Position numbers and translations under genes: made by a program. Shown here in pieces: positions 25,699-39,220 of a DNA stretch of 64,000 bases (position 1 is the first letter of the stretch; each line of letters opens with the position of its first letter). The notes under the pieces were generated by a model, which was not told the DNA's origin, did no database searches, and saw nothing but the letters and a program-made list of their open reading frames with translations. This DNA is from Felis catus (lineage: Eukaryota). The stretch is taken from positions 71,612,001 to 71,676,000 of the forward strand of contig NC_058368.1 of the NCBI RefSeq assembly GCF_018350175.1. Direction: 5' to 3'.

Positions 25699-26169
25699 TC
25701 ATCTGTTTTCCCGCGGGTTGTAGGGAAGGCCATGCTCCCCCCGGGAGTCGTAATTGTCGTGGTGCGGGAGGCGGACCCACTCAGGTGCGTAGGAGGCCGT
25801 GCTGTACACAAAGCACTGCAGGGTCCCGTCGGTGGCCGGCATCTCCTCCGGGGTGCCCTGCCTGCCCTCCCACTCGAGGACAGTGACCCTCACAGGGGTG
25901 CGCTGGTACATGTCGGGGCAACCCTCAAACTCATCCAGGAAGCTGAGCATCTGCTCGTCCACGACATAGATCTCCCCCGCCACGCAGCGCCCCTGCCCTG
26001 GGAGGTTAAGCAGCCACGGAATGTTATGTTCGCCGGCGATCACCAAGGGGTACGGCTCCACTGTGCGGCCCCGGCCTTGGAAGGCCGCTCGGCCATTGGC
26101 ACCGTCCAGCAGGACCTTGTGGTTCGGCTGGCCTCTCTTCAGGGTCCCGTATATGAACACACGAGCCAT
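25699..26169 (-). CDS. GGACT: Gamma-glutamylamine cyclotransferase (AIG2-like domain 1), 156 aa, single coding exon
   Basis: ORF MARVFIYGTLKRGQPNH...YNPRENR* has the GGCT/AIG2-like YGTL motif, with the catalytic Glu at position 82 (DEFEGCP). Known convergent neighbour of PCCA. Confidence 0.96.
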   Translation of the reverse strand: MARVFIYGTLKRGQPNHKVLLDGANGRAAFQGRGRTVEPYPLVIAGEHNIPWLLNLPGQGRCVAGEIYVVDEQMLSFLDEFEGCPDMYQRTPVRVTVLEWEGRQGTPEEMPATDGTLQCFVYSTASYAPEWVRLPHHDNYDSRGEHGLPYNPRENR

Positions 26170-26183
26170 GCGGGCCGCAGGAG

Positions 26184-26205
26184 CTGCAAGACAGAAGGGA
26201 AGCAG
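26184..26205 (-). other. GGACT: Splice acceptor of the GGACT coding exon (exon begins at 26183, 14 nt before the ATG)
   Basis: Minus strand reads ctgcttcccttctgtcttgcag|ctcctgcggcccgcATG. Confidence 0.8.
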
Positions 26206-29200
26206 ACCGGTACCTACTGAACGTGTCAGAGAGCCGGGGAAGGGCTTTCAGTCCTGACTGGGGTCGAAGACTTTGGGAAGGTTCCAGGGTCTGCTGGGCG
26301 AGCGGGTGCTCACAATCCCGCTTAGCCCCACAGCCCACTACTCTCGACCATCCTGTGCTGGGCTCCGAGGTGCCAGGAACACCCAACCACCTTTTATAGT
26401 CACCCTTCTGGAAAAAGGTACTCATTTAAGAACATACTTGTCGGAGACAGCCTGTCTCGGGATCAAGCCCTCAGAACCGCTGTTTCTTAGATCGGTTAGT
26501 TTTTAATCTTTTTAAAATGACTGTACAAATTATACAATAAATATTTTTTTATAGAACAGTCAGAAATACTGGTTAGTGAATATAACTATGTATACATACA
26601 CGGTACCTGCATACATATAAGATAGGCCCATGGAATCCGCTACAAGAGGTCATTCAGGTTCTAGTACTAAATTTACACACCGGTCCTGGCAGCGTGACCC
26701 AGCAAAACTTCAACAATCACACCTTCCGTGTCCCTTTTCAAGGTCCTAGAGGGTAATGATGCTTCCCTGTGACTCACTGTGACTCAGCGCAGCAACCTTG
26801 GCTCTCGTGTGAAGGTAAATATTTACTGCTCACCTGGGTCTGGGCTACAGATTGTTACATAAATTGTTAGAAGTCATTTGTGTAAAAGTGACTCAAACAA
26901 AACTAGAAATGGAAGTTAGGCAAGTTGGGCCCCTCCCCAAAGCCTGCATTTCACTGCCCTCCTGGCCCAACGCTGTGTGATGACGGCAGGCTCTGGAAGG
27001 AAGACACCGTGCACAAGACAACAGAGGACGTGCCCGTCTGCTGGCAGCAGCCCACCACCAGCCACGAACAGCTGGAGGGTGATGCTCCTGGACACCCATC
27101 AGGTGGTCCTTGGAAAAGTCCCACTTGGCTCACAGAACTTCCACTTCCTGGTATGGGGGTCTTGGCCTCACCTGACCTCTTCAGGGTATCTGGGGAGGAT
27201 GCACAGCCCCCACAAACCAGCACGCCTGCTGACCTCCCCTCCTGTCCACTGCGTCCCTCTCAGTCATCAGTGGAACGTCAGGACATGCACAGGTTTTGGA
27301 TGAACCTCAGGAAGGCTCGGCTGTGGGAGAAGCACCAGGTTGGCCGTGTATGTGCACCCTGAACACTTGGCAACATTGGGACACCTTGAACAGGATGGGG
27401 ATGCACCCAGAGCTCTTGTTCTGGTGACCCTGGTGACAGGGAAGGACAGAGCAGAGCTATGGGGTGTGGAGGGAGTCATGCCAGGGAGGACAGCACGGAG
27501 GTGAATCAGGCGGGAGCTGGAGCACAGGTGCGGAGGGAAGAGGAAGGAGTAGACGCTGGAGCCGAGGGTGGCCGGGGCCGGGGGATGGCACAGCTGGGCA
27601 CAGAGAGCGTCAGCATGAACTGTGGGGACAGCGGGAGCGCACCAGACGGGTCTCTGCGGAGACCACTTGGGAGCAGCCCCGACTCCCCCACGTGTGTATC
27701 CTGCCCTCCAGCAGGCTCTGTCCACCGCTCCACCCAGTGCAACCCCGGGTCCAGCCATTTCCCGCCCTCCTGCAGCCTCCGCCCAGAGGGTCTTCCTCCA
27801 AAACAGAGGCCTTGCCTCGCCCCCCCACCCCAGGGGTCACCTGCCCACCTCCAGGCCCCTTCACAGCGGCTTCCTCGGGCCGGCCCGGAGCAGCACCCAC
27901 CCAGCCCTGCCTCGCCCCAACTTCTCTACAAGGGGCCTGCTCCCTGAAGGGCCGCCTGTCCTGTTTCCCACTGGAGTGTTCGGAGCTGGCAGCAAGTGTG
28001 GAAACCACGTCGGCTGGTAAGGATCGAAGAACGCGCAGGTGGGCAAAGCCATTCAAAACTGGAGACTTGCTCTCGCCATCACTGGCGCCCCAGCTTTCTC
28101 CTCTTTGATTGAATGTTTTTTTTAAAAGTAATGTGTGCATAATGTAACCGTGAACTAGTTCTACGGGAAAGATGAAAGTGCCTACCCTTTCCCACTCCCT
28201 GGAGGCCGCACTTTTAAGCCTTAAGCTGTGGCATCAGTATTTATCTGCGTACTGTTGATGACATGCACGGCTACTTCTGGATTTTTCCATCTTGTCTTAC
28301 CTTCCTGAAGCAGGTGAGCTCAGTGGTTTACAGCACAGACTTTAGAACCCAATTGCCTGGGTGGTGACTTCAGGCAAACCACCTAACCTCTTGGTCTCGA
28401 CTGTAAAAAGAAGTAAAACAGCAGCCTGGCTGCTCCATGAGGTCATACCGCCGGTGGTCCCGCATGCCCTGGTGGCTGTGGTCATCACTGCCACCGGTGC
28501 CCTGAGGACGCATGCCCGCCTTGTCCCCGACCCTCCAGCGGACTCCCATCAGTGTTTGCTCAGACCCACACTCAGTTCAGCAGCAGAACTATGTAAACAC
28601 TGTTCTCAGATAAGGCACACAGTGTACTATCATTAACTTCCTTTCTTGGACAACTTTTCTGTTTTCCTTGGAATTAAAAATTGCTTGCAGCTTCCCCCCC
28701 CCCCCCCCCCGCCCTTTGCTCAAGTTTCTCTGACACTAATTCAGCCTCACATTTTCAGAAAGTGCTGTAAGAATCCTTTCAGCCTTGACCACTGTTAAAG
28801 AACAAACACTGAACTCAGGAAGTGTGAGGATGGCATTGCCTTGATGTGTAGGTTGGGCGGTCCCCATCTGGCACATGGAGGGGCGCTCCAAGGACTTGTA
28901 CCAGATGGAAGCTTTTCACAGGACTGCAGAGGTGGCGGTGGGGCAAGAAAGTTATTAGCAAAAGAACAGGATTGCTCCGGGCAAGGTCACCTTCCCTTAG
29001 AGGGGAGCCAGGCGGTCTCACCAGGTGGGTTACTTCCTGTTCTCTGGGCGAGGGACAGGGCCCCTGTGACAGATCACTTCATTGGCGCTGATCGGGAAAC
29101 TCCTGATCGACCACTTCAGACTACATTTCTGGGGAAGTCTGAAAGGACAGTTAGGCTGGGTGTAAAGTCTTGATTTAGTGCCTTGGCCTAAGTGCAGCCA

Positions 29201-29818
29201 TTTTGGGCCTCTGCTTCTCTTTTTAACACCACCCACTGGGTTCTCCTCATTTTCCCCTGGAGCCATCACCCCTGGAGCCCATCCTGTTGCAGTGTTGTAC
29301 TGCTGCCATCTGGGATGTACCACCATGCTGCCAAGGGCTCCCCTGAGCCAGTGCAGGAGCCTGGCCCCTGGGTCCCATGGCCCCTTCTTCATCGACTCCC
29401 TCATTGTGCCGAAGCTAATTTTCTCCCACTCTCAATTAACAATGTGGCTTGTTAGAGAATTCTAGAAATAATTTTCTAAAGAATCTTAAAGTCATTTCTT
29501 TGTTTTCTGATTTCCCAAGTTCTTGTTGAGAAGTCCAGTGCCATTGGACTCCCCCATCCTCTGTTCAGGACTTGAGCTTTCCTGTCTGGAAACTCTCAAG
29601 GTTTTCCTTTTTCCCTTGGATTCTGAGGTAATGGTGTATCTTCTTGTGGGTTTCTTTCATTTATTGTGCCAGGAATTCCCATCTGAAAACTGACCATCTT
29701 GGATCGTGGGGAATTTTCTTCTCATTCCTACCTTATTCTCTTTCTTGTCTTCTAATACTCAGGTATTGTGTTTCCTGGATTAATTTCCCAGTTTTATTTT
29801 TTCCAGGTATTTTTCTTT

Positions 29819-30025
29819 TTTCAAAATTTTTTAAAAAGGTTTTTATTTTTGAGAGAGAGCATGAGGAGGGGAGGGGCAGAGAGAGAGGGAGACGCAGAAC
29901 CCAAAGCAGGCTTCAGGCTCTGAGCTGTCAGCACAGAGCCCGACTCGGGGCTGGAGCTCACGGACTACGAGACCATGACCTGAGCTGAAGTTGCCGCTTA
30001 ACCAACTGAGTCACCCAGGTGCCCC
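29819..30025 (-). mobile_element. Can-SINE (felid SINEC_Fc-like) with a 16-bp TSD
   Basis: tRNA-derived head, (CT)n body and A-tail on the minus strand. TSD ccaggtatttttcttt at 29803-29818 and 30026-30041. Confidence 0.93.
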
Positions 30026-31154
30026 CCAGGTATTTTTCTTTATAGACTAATTTCCAGGTCTTTTATGAATTTGTGTCTATTTTTTGCCATTGTATTTCTT
30101 TCCCAGCACAAAACCATCTCTCATCTTTGGGAAGGTATTATCATGCGTTTGGTTTGTTGTTTTCATCTTTGCCTGCTTTGCCTCTATTTTGGTGTGTTTC
30201 TTTAGATGTTTTCTTCAAATGCCAGTAATCCTTGGCTGTTGGCCTTTCATATTGAGAATCAAGACACCGTATAGGAAATTAAAGCTCTGTGTGCTAGGGA
30301 GGGAGCCTGATGGTCGACAGGCCTCATGTGGGGGATCTGGGTACAGGTTTGGGGGGTGCCAGATAATGATCTACAGGTATGCAGATTTTCCCTCGATCCC
30401 CATTTTCAGGGTGCCACTCACCCCACCCTCAGCTGGACCTGACGTCCCCAATACCAAGCCTCTCTGGACAGTAACCCACTTGTTCTCTGCAGGAAGCAGG
30501 GAGACTGGTGTCTCTGCTCCCTATAAGGACGTTCACCCTCTCCTCCTGTTTCTACTCTGATCCTGGTCTTCGCACGCCCATGGGTCCAGAGTTCCTCTGC
30601 TGCTCTGCTCTACCAGGTGGCTAGCTGCTTGCTGGCTTCTTACTATGCAGGGTCTTAGGTTTCCGGTTTCTCCAGGCTGCTAAGTCATTTTCTGTCTACC
30701 ATCTTGTCTTTCTGGGTCACTAGAGTGATTTTTAGGGAGAAAGCAGGCACAGAAGAGCCTGTTCCTCTTGTGTCTCCCTCACTGCACCACCCATCCAGCC
30801 ACTTCACAGGGCCCTCAGCCCCTTCATCTTTCCAGAGGCTCAATGTGAACTGGGATGGAGGTGGGAGTTTGGAAACCACTTGCTTAGAGGGGCACTGAGG
30901 AGAGTTTATGGCACCGACTTGGGTGTGTTTAAGGTCGCCAAGAGAAAGCCAGTAAGGTAGCAATCATGGGCACAGAGAGGGCTGGTGATGGCTGGGGGGA
31001 CAGAGAGAGGTCTGCTTATAGAGGGGGAATCCTGTCTGCTGAGGCAAGAGCAGGGGGGAGAATGGGAAGCAACCACAGGAAAAGGCCACCACAGCCCTCA
31101 GGGAGATGCAGGCTGTGTACCCAGAGGCCTCGTGTTGAGTGCAGGGGTGCACGC

Positions 31155-31663
31155 TGTAGGGAGCAGAGCTGGTCACCCCAAAATATGCCTCTTTGGCATG
31201 AGGATTGTTTTAGGATGAATATTTTTAAGAAACACAGGAGAAACTCTGATAGAAGTTACCCTTTATATGAGTCATTTACATCTATAAGGGGTGTCTCCAT
31301 ACAGTATCTTCCCAGCTCTACCAGCAAGCAGAAGATGCCTACATCTCTAGAAACTATCGATGCCAAAGGCAAAGACCAAGAGATGCACATCCTTGCCCTT
31401 GTTCACTGTACTTTGCCTGAAGACCTCCCACAGCCGGCTTCCTGGCCCCAACATCTTCTTTTGCCTTTTGCTGGAAATGGTATTTAAGGGGAGGGTTGTG
31501 GGTCATGTGCGGAGGTACTCCGTTCTTCTGGGTCTCCCCATGTATGCAGGAGGTATATGTGTTACAAAACTTGTGTGTTCCTCTCCTGTTAATCTTTTAT
31601 TACAGGGAGTGTCTCAGTCAAGAGCCTATGAGGGTAGAGGGCATATTATTTTCCCTCCCCACA
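31155..31663 (+). mobile_element. ERV1-class solo LTR (MER34-like)
   Basis: TG...CA termini. The 5' part caccccaaaatatgcctctttggcat and the 3' end ttttccctccccaca resemble MER34-family LTRs. No clear TSD. Confidence 0.65.
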
Positions 31664-32494
31664 TAAAGGAGGAGATATATTCGCCTCTCCTGGGCTTGCT
31701 GTGAAGGTCAAGGGAAAGACAGATTGGTAAATGGGCAGCATCCAAAAAAAAAAAAAAAGTGGAGCAAGGACAATAGGAAAGAGTGCACCCAGGGCGTGGT
31801 GAGGGGGACCCTGCCTTAGGACAGATGGGTGGCCACAGGGACGTTTGTGCCGGGTTGCCTGGCCTTTCCTTAAAATAGGTGATGTTGTCTGTCCAGGATG
31901 GGGCGGGTGCCACCAGGGCTGAGAACTTGCAGAATGGAAAGAGGTTTAGAACAGTCCTACTGGAGAAAGCCTGGGCTTTGGAATAAGAGCCATAAGATGC
32001 CAGAGCAGATTCTGAGCAAAGAAAGTGTCATGCTTCCATTATTCAAGGGATTCAATTGCAAAGGAAGGAAAGAGATGCCTCATCCAGGAGAGGAGAGGGG
32101 AGGAAGGACAGAAACTGGTCAGAGGGCTGCAGAGGATGGCACTTCTGCAGGGGCTGATTACTTCCCTGCGATGACCGGATCCCCAGCACCCCATTAAAGA
32201 CGGGTGGCGGTACCTCATTTGAGGGATGAACAAATTAAAGTGGTCGAGGTGAGGCTCCCTGCACAGAGCCTGTGGGGGCAGCACCAGGAACTGGGCTACA
32301 TCTACAGGACTCTGAATGCCTCCAGGGCTCTGTACTTCCAGATCCCAAGGGAACTGTGACCCTGTCAGGTACAGCCCAGGACTCAGGCTCTGCAGTGACA
32401 GTGCCAAGGACATACTATACTCTTTTTCTCTCCCCTCCCTTTGTTTTGACTGAATTTTATTTGATAAATCAATTACTTCTCTGTATTTCTCTTA

Positions 32495-35215
32495 TTTTCA
32501 AATTTTTAAAAATTGTGGTAAAATACACAAAACATAAAATTTACCATCCTAACCATTTTTAAGCGTACAGTTCATTAGTGTTAGGTGCATTCACACTGTT
32601 GTGCACCCATCACCACCATCCATCTCCAAAACTCTTTCCATCTTACAAAACTGAAACTCTATACCCATTACACAAGAACTCCCCATTCCCTGTCTTCCCA
32701 CCCCTGGCAACCCCATGCTGCTTTCTATGAGTTTGGCCTACTCTAGGTACCTCACATAAGTGAAATTATATAGTGTTTATCTCTTTGTGGCTGGATAATT
32801 TCACTGAGCATAATGTCCTCAAGGTTCATCCGTTGTTGCAGCACATGTCAGAATTTCTTTCCTATTTAAGGCTGCATAATACTCCATCATATGCATACAC
32901 CATATTTGTTCATTCATCCACCAAAAGACATTTGGGTTGCTTCCACTTCTTGGCTATTGTGAATAATGCAGCCACGAACATAGGATTGCTAGATCATATG
33001 GTTATTCTATGTTTAATTTTCTGAAGAACCTCCATATAGTATTCTGTTAGCAGCTGTACCATTTTGCATTCCTACCTACAGTGCACAAGGCCTCCAATTT
33101 CTCCACAGCACTTGTTACATTGTTTTCTGATGCTTTTTTTGATAGTGGTCATCCTAACTGGTGTGAGGTGGTATCTCACTGTGGTTTTGATTTGCATTTC
33201 CATAATTAGTGATGTTTTAGCATCTTTTCATGTGCTTATTGGTCATTCATGTATCTTTTTTGTTGGAATGTCTATTCGGGTGCTTTGCCTACTTTTTTAT
33301 CAGGTTGTTTTTCACTATTGAGTTCTAGTTCTCTATATCTTCTGGGTATTAACCTTTCCTCAGATGCATGATTTACAAATATGTTCTCCCATTCCATAGG
33401 GGGTGCCTTTTCATTCTGTTGATTGCATCTTTGATGCACAGTTTTGAATTTTGGTGTTGTCCAATGTATTTTTACTTTTGTTTACCATTTTTGGTGTCCT
33501 ATCCAAGAAATCACTACCAAATCGAATGTCAAACTTTTGCCCAATGTTTTCTCCTAAGGGTTTTATAGGCTTAGCTCTTCTGTTAGGTTGCTGATCATTT
33601 TGAGTTAATTTTTGTATGTGATGTAAAGTAAGGGTCCAGCTTTATTCTCTTACATATGGATATCCAGTTTCCCAACTGTTGTAAGGACTGACCTTTCCCC
33701 ATTGGTCTTGGCACCCTCATCAAAAATCACTTAACTATACATGCAAGGATTGATTTGTAGACTCTGCTGTCTTCCATACCATACTGTTTTGATTACTGTA
33801 GCTCTGCAGTAAGTTTTTTGAAGTCGGGAAGTATGAGAGCTCCAACTTTGTTATTGTTCACAATTACACTGCTTATTTGGGGTAGCCTGGTATTCTTCAT
33901 GAATTTCAGAATGGATTTTTCTATTTCTGCAAAAAGTCACCTTTGGGAATTTTCATGACAGTTGCATTAAATCTATAGATTTGGTAGATCTGGGTTGTCT
34001 GAGCATCCTAACAATATTTAATCTTCCAATCCATGAACACGAGCTGTCTTTCCATTTATTTGTCTTTAATTACTTTCAGCAACATATTGTAGTTTTCAGT
34101 GTACAAGCCTTTTACCTCCTTGTTAAGCATTTTACTTGCCTGATTGTTTCAGGTAGGATTTTTTTTTCTTTTTAAGAGAATGAGAGAGTGCGTAAAAGTG
34201 GGGAGAAGGGCAGAGAGAGAGAGAATCCAAAGAAGACTCCACGCTCAGCCCAACAAAGGGCTCAATCCTGGGATCGTAATCTGAGCTGAAACCAAGAGTC
34301 AGATGCTCAGCTGACTGAGCCACCCAAGCGCCCCTCAGGTAGGACTTATAATACTACACTGAAAGAAGTGGTGAACAAGACAAGGATGCTTGCTTTCTGA
34401 TCTTAGAGGAAAAACCTTTCAGTCTTTCACCATTGAGTATGATGTTAGTTTGGGGATTTTTATATACAGCCTTTATTATGTTGAGGTAGTTGCCTTCTGT
34501 TTCTAGTTTAAGTGTTTTTACCACAAACTGGCATTGACTCTTGTCAACTTTTTCCCCTTCATTCTGTTAACATGTATTACATTGGTTATTTTCTTATGTT
34601 GAACCACCCTTGCATTCCTGAGACAAACTCCACTTGGTGGTGGTATATAATCCATTTAATTCTGTTTGCTAATATTTTGTTTAGAATTTTTGCATCAATC
34701 TTCAGCAGGGATATTAATCTGGTTTTGGTATCAGATTAGAATGCTGCCCTCATTGAATGAGTTTCATTGAATGAGTTTGAAAATGTCCCCTCCTCTTCAA
34801 TTTTTGGGAAGCTTTGGTAAAATTCACCAGTGAAGTCATCTGGTTCTGGTCTCTGTTAAGGGGTTTTTGATTAGTAATTCAATCTCTTTTTTGGTTACTC
34901 TGATTTTCTATTTCATCACAATTTATCCTGATAGGGTGTGTTTCTAGGCATGAGCCATTTCATCCAGGTTTCAATTTGTTGGCACACAGTTGTTCTCTTA
35001 TAATCCTTTTTATCTCTACTAAATGGGTTGTACTTTTCCCTCTTTCATTTCTGACTTTATTTATATCTTTTTTTCTTCCTAGTAAATCTAGACACAAGTT
35101 TGTCAATTTTGTTGATTTTCTCTATTGTTCTTCTGTTCTCTATTTTATCTCTGCTCTAATCTCTATTTTTTCCTTCCTTTTGCTAGCTTTGGGTTTAGTT
35201 TTCCTTTCTGTTCTT
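32495..35215 (-). mobile_element. Decayed, 5'-truncated L1 (L1MB-like; 3' UTR plus ORF2 remnant)
   Basis: Characteristic antisense L1 3' end (aattgtggtaaaatacacaaaacataaaatttaccatc) and antisense ORF2 sequence with many stops and indels. Confidence 0.88.
34159..34334 (-). mobile_element. Can-SINE inserted into the L1
   Basis: SINE head ...gagccacccaagcgcccc. TSD tcaggtagga at 34149-34158 and 34335-34344. Confidence 0.9.
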
Positions 35216-37301
35216 TGACGGGTTCACCCTGTCTCCAAGGGCTGCGATGAGGGTGACAGCCAATAGGACATGCAAAAAGTCTACTTACATGCACCAGATC
35301 CTCTCCTAACCCCAGCCAGAGCTAGCTGAGAATATGCGTGTGATTCATCCAGGCTGGGAGCGGGCAGCACTGCCACAGCAGAAGGGAATGCCACCTCCTG
35401 AGGCTCATACATTACTGTGTTTCAGCCTGGTTAGAGTTTTGGATAAAATGCAAGAGTTTAGGAACAGCTCTAGGTGAGCCATCTGGGCTTTTCCAGAGAA
35501 AACTGAAGAGTGACCTTTAGAAGTGGCTCTGTCTCTGCTTTACTGTGGTGTATCCCCCCCGGGTAGGCCTCTTCTAGGACACTGATGGCCTGGCCTGGCC
35601 AGCCCTGTGGGCTCAGACAGCAGTGTGGGCTGAACCCTTTTAGGGTGGCCTCAGTGTTCTACAGATGGCCGTTTAAGAACACAGTGCATGGTAAGTGTAA
35701 GGAGATGCACTGTGGCACAATGACAGGCCTGAATCAAATCCCCACCTCTACCACTCAGCAGCTGTGGGTCTTTGGGAAAAGTTATTTTAAACCTGCATTC
35801 ATCCCATCTCTAGTGACTGCCGATTGTGTGCCCGGCCTCAGAACCCAATGAATGTTCTGAAGTTCTCCACCCTACCTCCTTCATTAAGGTCTTATAAAAA
35901 TATCTACTGGCTTATATTCTTCTCAATGAAGCCTCTTAAAAAAATAAAAATGAATATTCTACATAATAAATGGGAGAGGGAATCACGCCATATCAATTAC
36001 TGGTTGGGCGTTGATGAGTTTTCAGAGCCAAGAATCCCTGGGAAGGTGCTGTTACATAGAAATGATCATGGTTAGGCCACAGGTTGTTAACTTCGACTCT
36101 GTGGAAAATCAGTCCAGTAGCTTTCTTCTACAGAAGATAGCTTTTTCCCATAAAAGAAAACCTAGCAATAAAAAACTTCTTTACTAGGAAAAAATGTAGC
36201 TAGCTAGAATGACCAAATTATAATAGTCTACATTTCATCTCTTGTATCCTTTACTACTTATGTAAGGGGGGGGAAAAAAAGAATTAACATTTTGCATTTC
36301 TGGCTCCTTTCATAAGAAAAACATCATTACCTTTCTGATTGTGTTTTGAACAAACACAGATCCTTCAGGAAGAAACTCATCCCTGTGGGGATTGAGAAAG
36401 GATCAGAGTTAAGCACTGAAACAAGCAATTAATTCCCATTAGAGGATTAAGGCACTCATGTTCACTTTGAATCAGAAAAACAAATTGTGAATAAAATCAT
36501 GTACAACCAAGAGGTTACTTGTCAAAGTTAATAAATTAGAGAATTGAAGGGCCAACTGGAATGCACAGGGGAGGCTGAGCACCACAGGCAGGCACACTGG
36601 TGGGGTTTCATATTTGTGGGATAAGATCGGCCATCCTCTTTAAATGCCACAGAGCCATGGCAGGGACTGGGGCGGGGGGGGGGGGGGGGGGGGGTCATGG
36701 TTTGTTATGATGCTGTCCTTCCGCTAACAGATGGGGTCTATGAGAGGACGTCTAAAAGTGTTTTTCAACCCTGTTATGTCACCATCCACCACACATGGAT
36801 TACCCTACAATATCAACGAGAGAGACACACGAGATGCTAACATTATTCAGTGTGGCAGGAGCCGATTCTAAATGACCTGAAGCACCATCTCTGCCAACAT
36901 TACCAGCGTATACAGGACTGAGTGGGAGGCCACTGCTGCACTAAGGTCTCAGGACCCTGCACTTGGGAGTCGAGGAGCCCAAAACTGAACCCCTGTCCCA
37001 AACCAACTGGTTGGGAATGACGTGGACAGTGAGGGGTCAGTAGGGAGGTGGGACAGGCACAGAAACTTTTACTTCAGCAAATTTTGGTTGCTTTAGCATT
37101 GTCAATATTTCAGAACACGAAACCACCCGTGGAAGTGCCCATCTGGCCTGGCGCTGCTGGAAATGCCTGCCCCTTGCTCAGCAGTTTTCAGTCTTCAAAC
37201 ACAGCCCGTCTATAGTTTCGTATTTCATCGCTGAAGCAGAAATTGAAAGTGATTACGAATCATTCCCATAATTGTTGGATTTTTCCTGCTTAATTTTTTT
37301 C

Positions 37302-37320
37302 TTAGCCACCTGGTGGTAAG
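37302..37320 (-). promoter_or_regulatory. CTCF-like motif (minus: CTTACCACCAGGTGGCTAA)
   Basis: CCACCAGGTGGC core match with a weaker 3' flank. Confidence 0.35.
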
Positions 37321-39039
37321 AGTGTAAAAGGCAGGGTTGCAGTAAGAGTTTATTGTGCTAGTTTACAAACGGCAGCTATCGCAAAGGCTGAGACCACATT
37401 TAGAAACACACGTACCAGGTGAAGCAAAAGGCTAATGGTGAACTGTTCTCAAACTTACCGGCAAAGGGACTTCAATGGGCACCAGCTTCTAACATGAAAA
37501 CAACCTTTAAGTAAAGGCACCTCCATAAAATATTCATCCCGGATGGATTAAAATGTAATGAAATGGGGAAACGTTAGTAAATCTGTATGTTTTCTTGGAT
37601 AATTCATCAAGCCGCTAACACTGTTCACTGCCTGGTGTCAAATTAAGAGGGTTCGAGAAGGTGGGTGAAGTGGCGGGATTTGGGTGGCACAAAACTCAGC
37701 GCCTAGGAGCCGGCCCTGCCTCTTGGCACTGCACTGTTTCCAGAAACGCCTGCCCCAGAGAAGTGTGCGATTGTCGGGCCTGTCTTCTCCCATCTTCTCC
37801 CGCTTCTCCTGCCGTATGAAGCCGCTGTCAGCATTGGCTCCTGCAGACCCCGGCCACCCTGTCACAACCGAGGACCCACTTCAGCAAAGCCAGCTGCCAT
37901 CCTAGTCCGTCCGTGGCCACCAGCCGCCCTTAGCAGATGTCACCAAGTGTGGCCGGATCTCGGTAAGAAGCGCGTGTGCTGTGCGTGCCTGCTCTAAGGA
38001 GGGTTTTTATTTTATAGAAAACTCTGGCATCTCGGTCAAGTGGCTGCTTCTCCCCCGACTGTAACATTATTTTCCCTTGAGAAAACCCCTGAGTGTCTGA
38101 TACAGTTACACATTAATTCTTCAGAAGTTTCTCAGAACTGTAGGAAACAGGTGAAAAAACAAAATGCCTTGAACTTTAAGCTGGAGCTCGGCCTGGAGCA
38201 CCAAGCGCTGGAAGGTTACGTCACTCTCCCCTCTGAGCGGCTCGTGGGCGACGCGCCAGGGAGGGCTCTGGCCGCATCCTGTGGGTGCTTTGATGCTGTC
38301 ACTCTCCTGCTTGCTAGTTTCTTTCCAGCAACGACAAGGGCTTCCTGCCCGGCCGACCCCGCGCCAACCCCACCGAATACCCTGGAAACGTTGATGGCAA
38401 AACACCTTTCTTACATTAACCGAGCAGCTCCGGTGAAACGGCGGTGCCTTTGAAATCAAGAAGCGAGGGTCTCCACTCACAGCTGTCCCCTCCAACTCTG
38501 ACCCTTCATGGGTCCATGAAACAAACAGGCGCTTTATGGTCCCTGATGCCACACGGGTTCCTCTGAATGCTGCCTCAGCAACCATTCCATGCGTTTTCAC
38601 TCTTTGGCCATACCAGACATTTTTACAAAGAAAATTTTGAATGCCATACCACTCTTGAGGCAATTATTTTACCATCTTTAAACACAGAGTGACCAACGAG
38701 GGGGACGTGACCATGCCCTCACATCCCTGGGCCCACTCAAAAGTCTGGGAAGAACAGCTGTAAAGTCCCCAAATGCCAAGTCAGGGAAAGGCCTCTCTGG
38801 AAACAGGCTGGACAGTGGCCCGGCCAGGGCTGCCAGGGCCACAGCCACAAACACCAGGCACGGCCAGGGCGGCGGTGCTGCTGCCTCCTGGCCGGAGGCA
38901 CAGAAAGGTCTGGAAAGGCCTGGCCCCGCCAGCTGGAGGTGGTGGGGAGAGCACTGGGTACCATCAGCAGGTGAGATGCCCAGAAGAAGGTGCTGAGAGT
39001 CCTCACAAAGAGCCCACCTGTGGCTCAGAGGGGACAGTA

Positions 39040-39220
39040 TGAATAATGCTGGCCATCAAGAGTTGACAGCATTTACTCCGTGCCTAGCCCTGTGCGAAAT
39101 GCTTCATTTTACATTCTCAAGTTAACATTCAATGGGAGAAGCTCCTTACTCTAGCTTCTCCCCATTTTACAGATGGGGAAACCGAGGCAGAGTGACTTAC
39201 ACAATGTGCCCAGTTATAGC
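39040..39220 (-). mobile_element. MIR fragment
   Basis: MIR core ccccattttacagatggggaaaccgaggcagag. Confidence 0.7.

Noticed and set aside
25732..26220. 162-aa + strand ORF overlapping GGACT
   Set aside because: It is an antisense shadow of a GC-rich coding exon.
27267..28140. ORFs of 162-214 aa upstream of GGACT
   Set aside because: Same GC-rich artefact, with no homology or exon structure I can support.
30966..31487. 173-aa ORF
   Set aside because: It runs into a solo LTR and has no gag, pol or env similarity.
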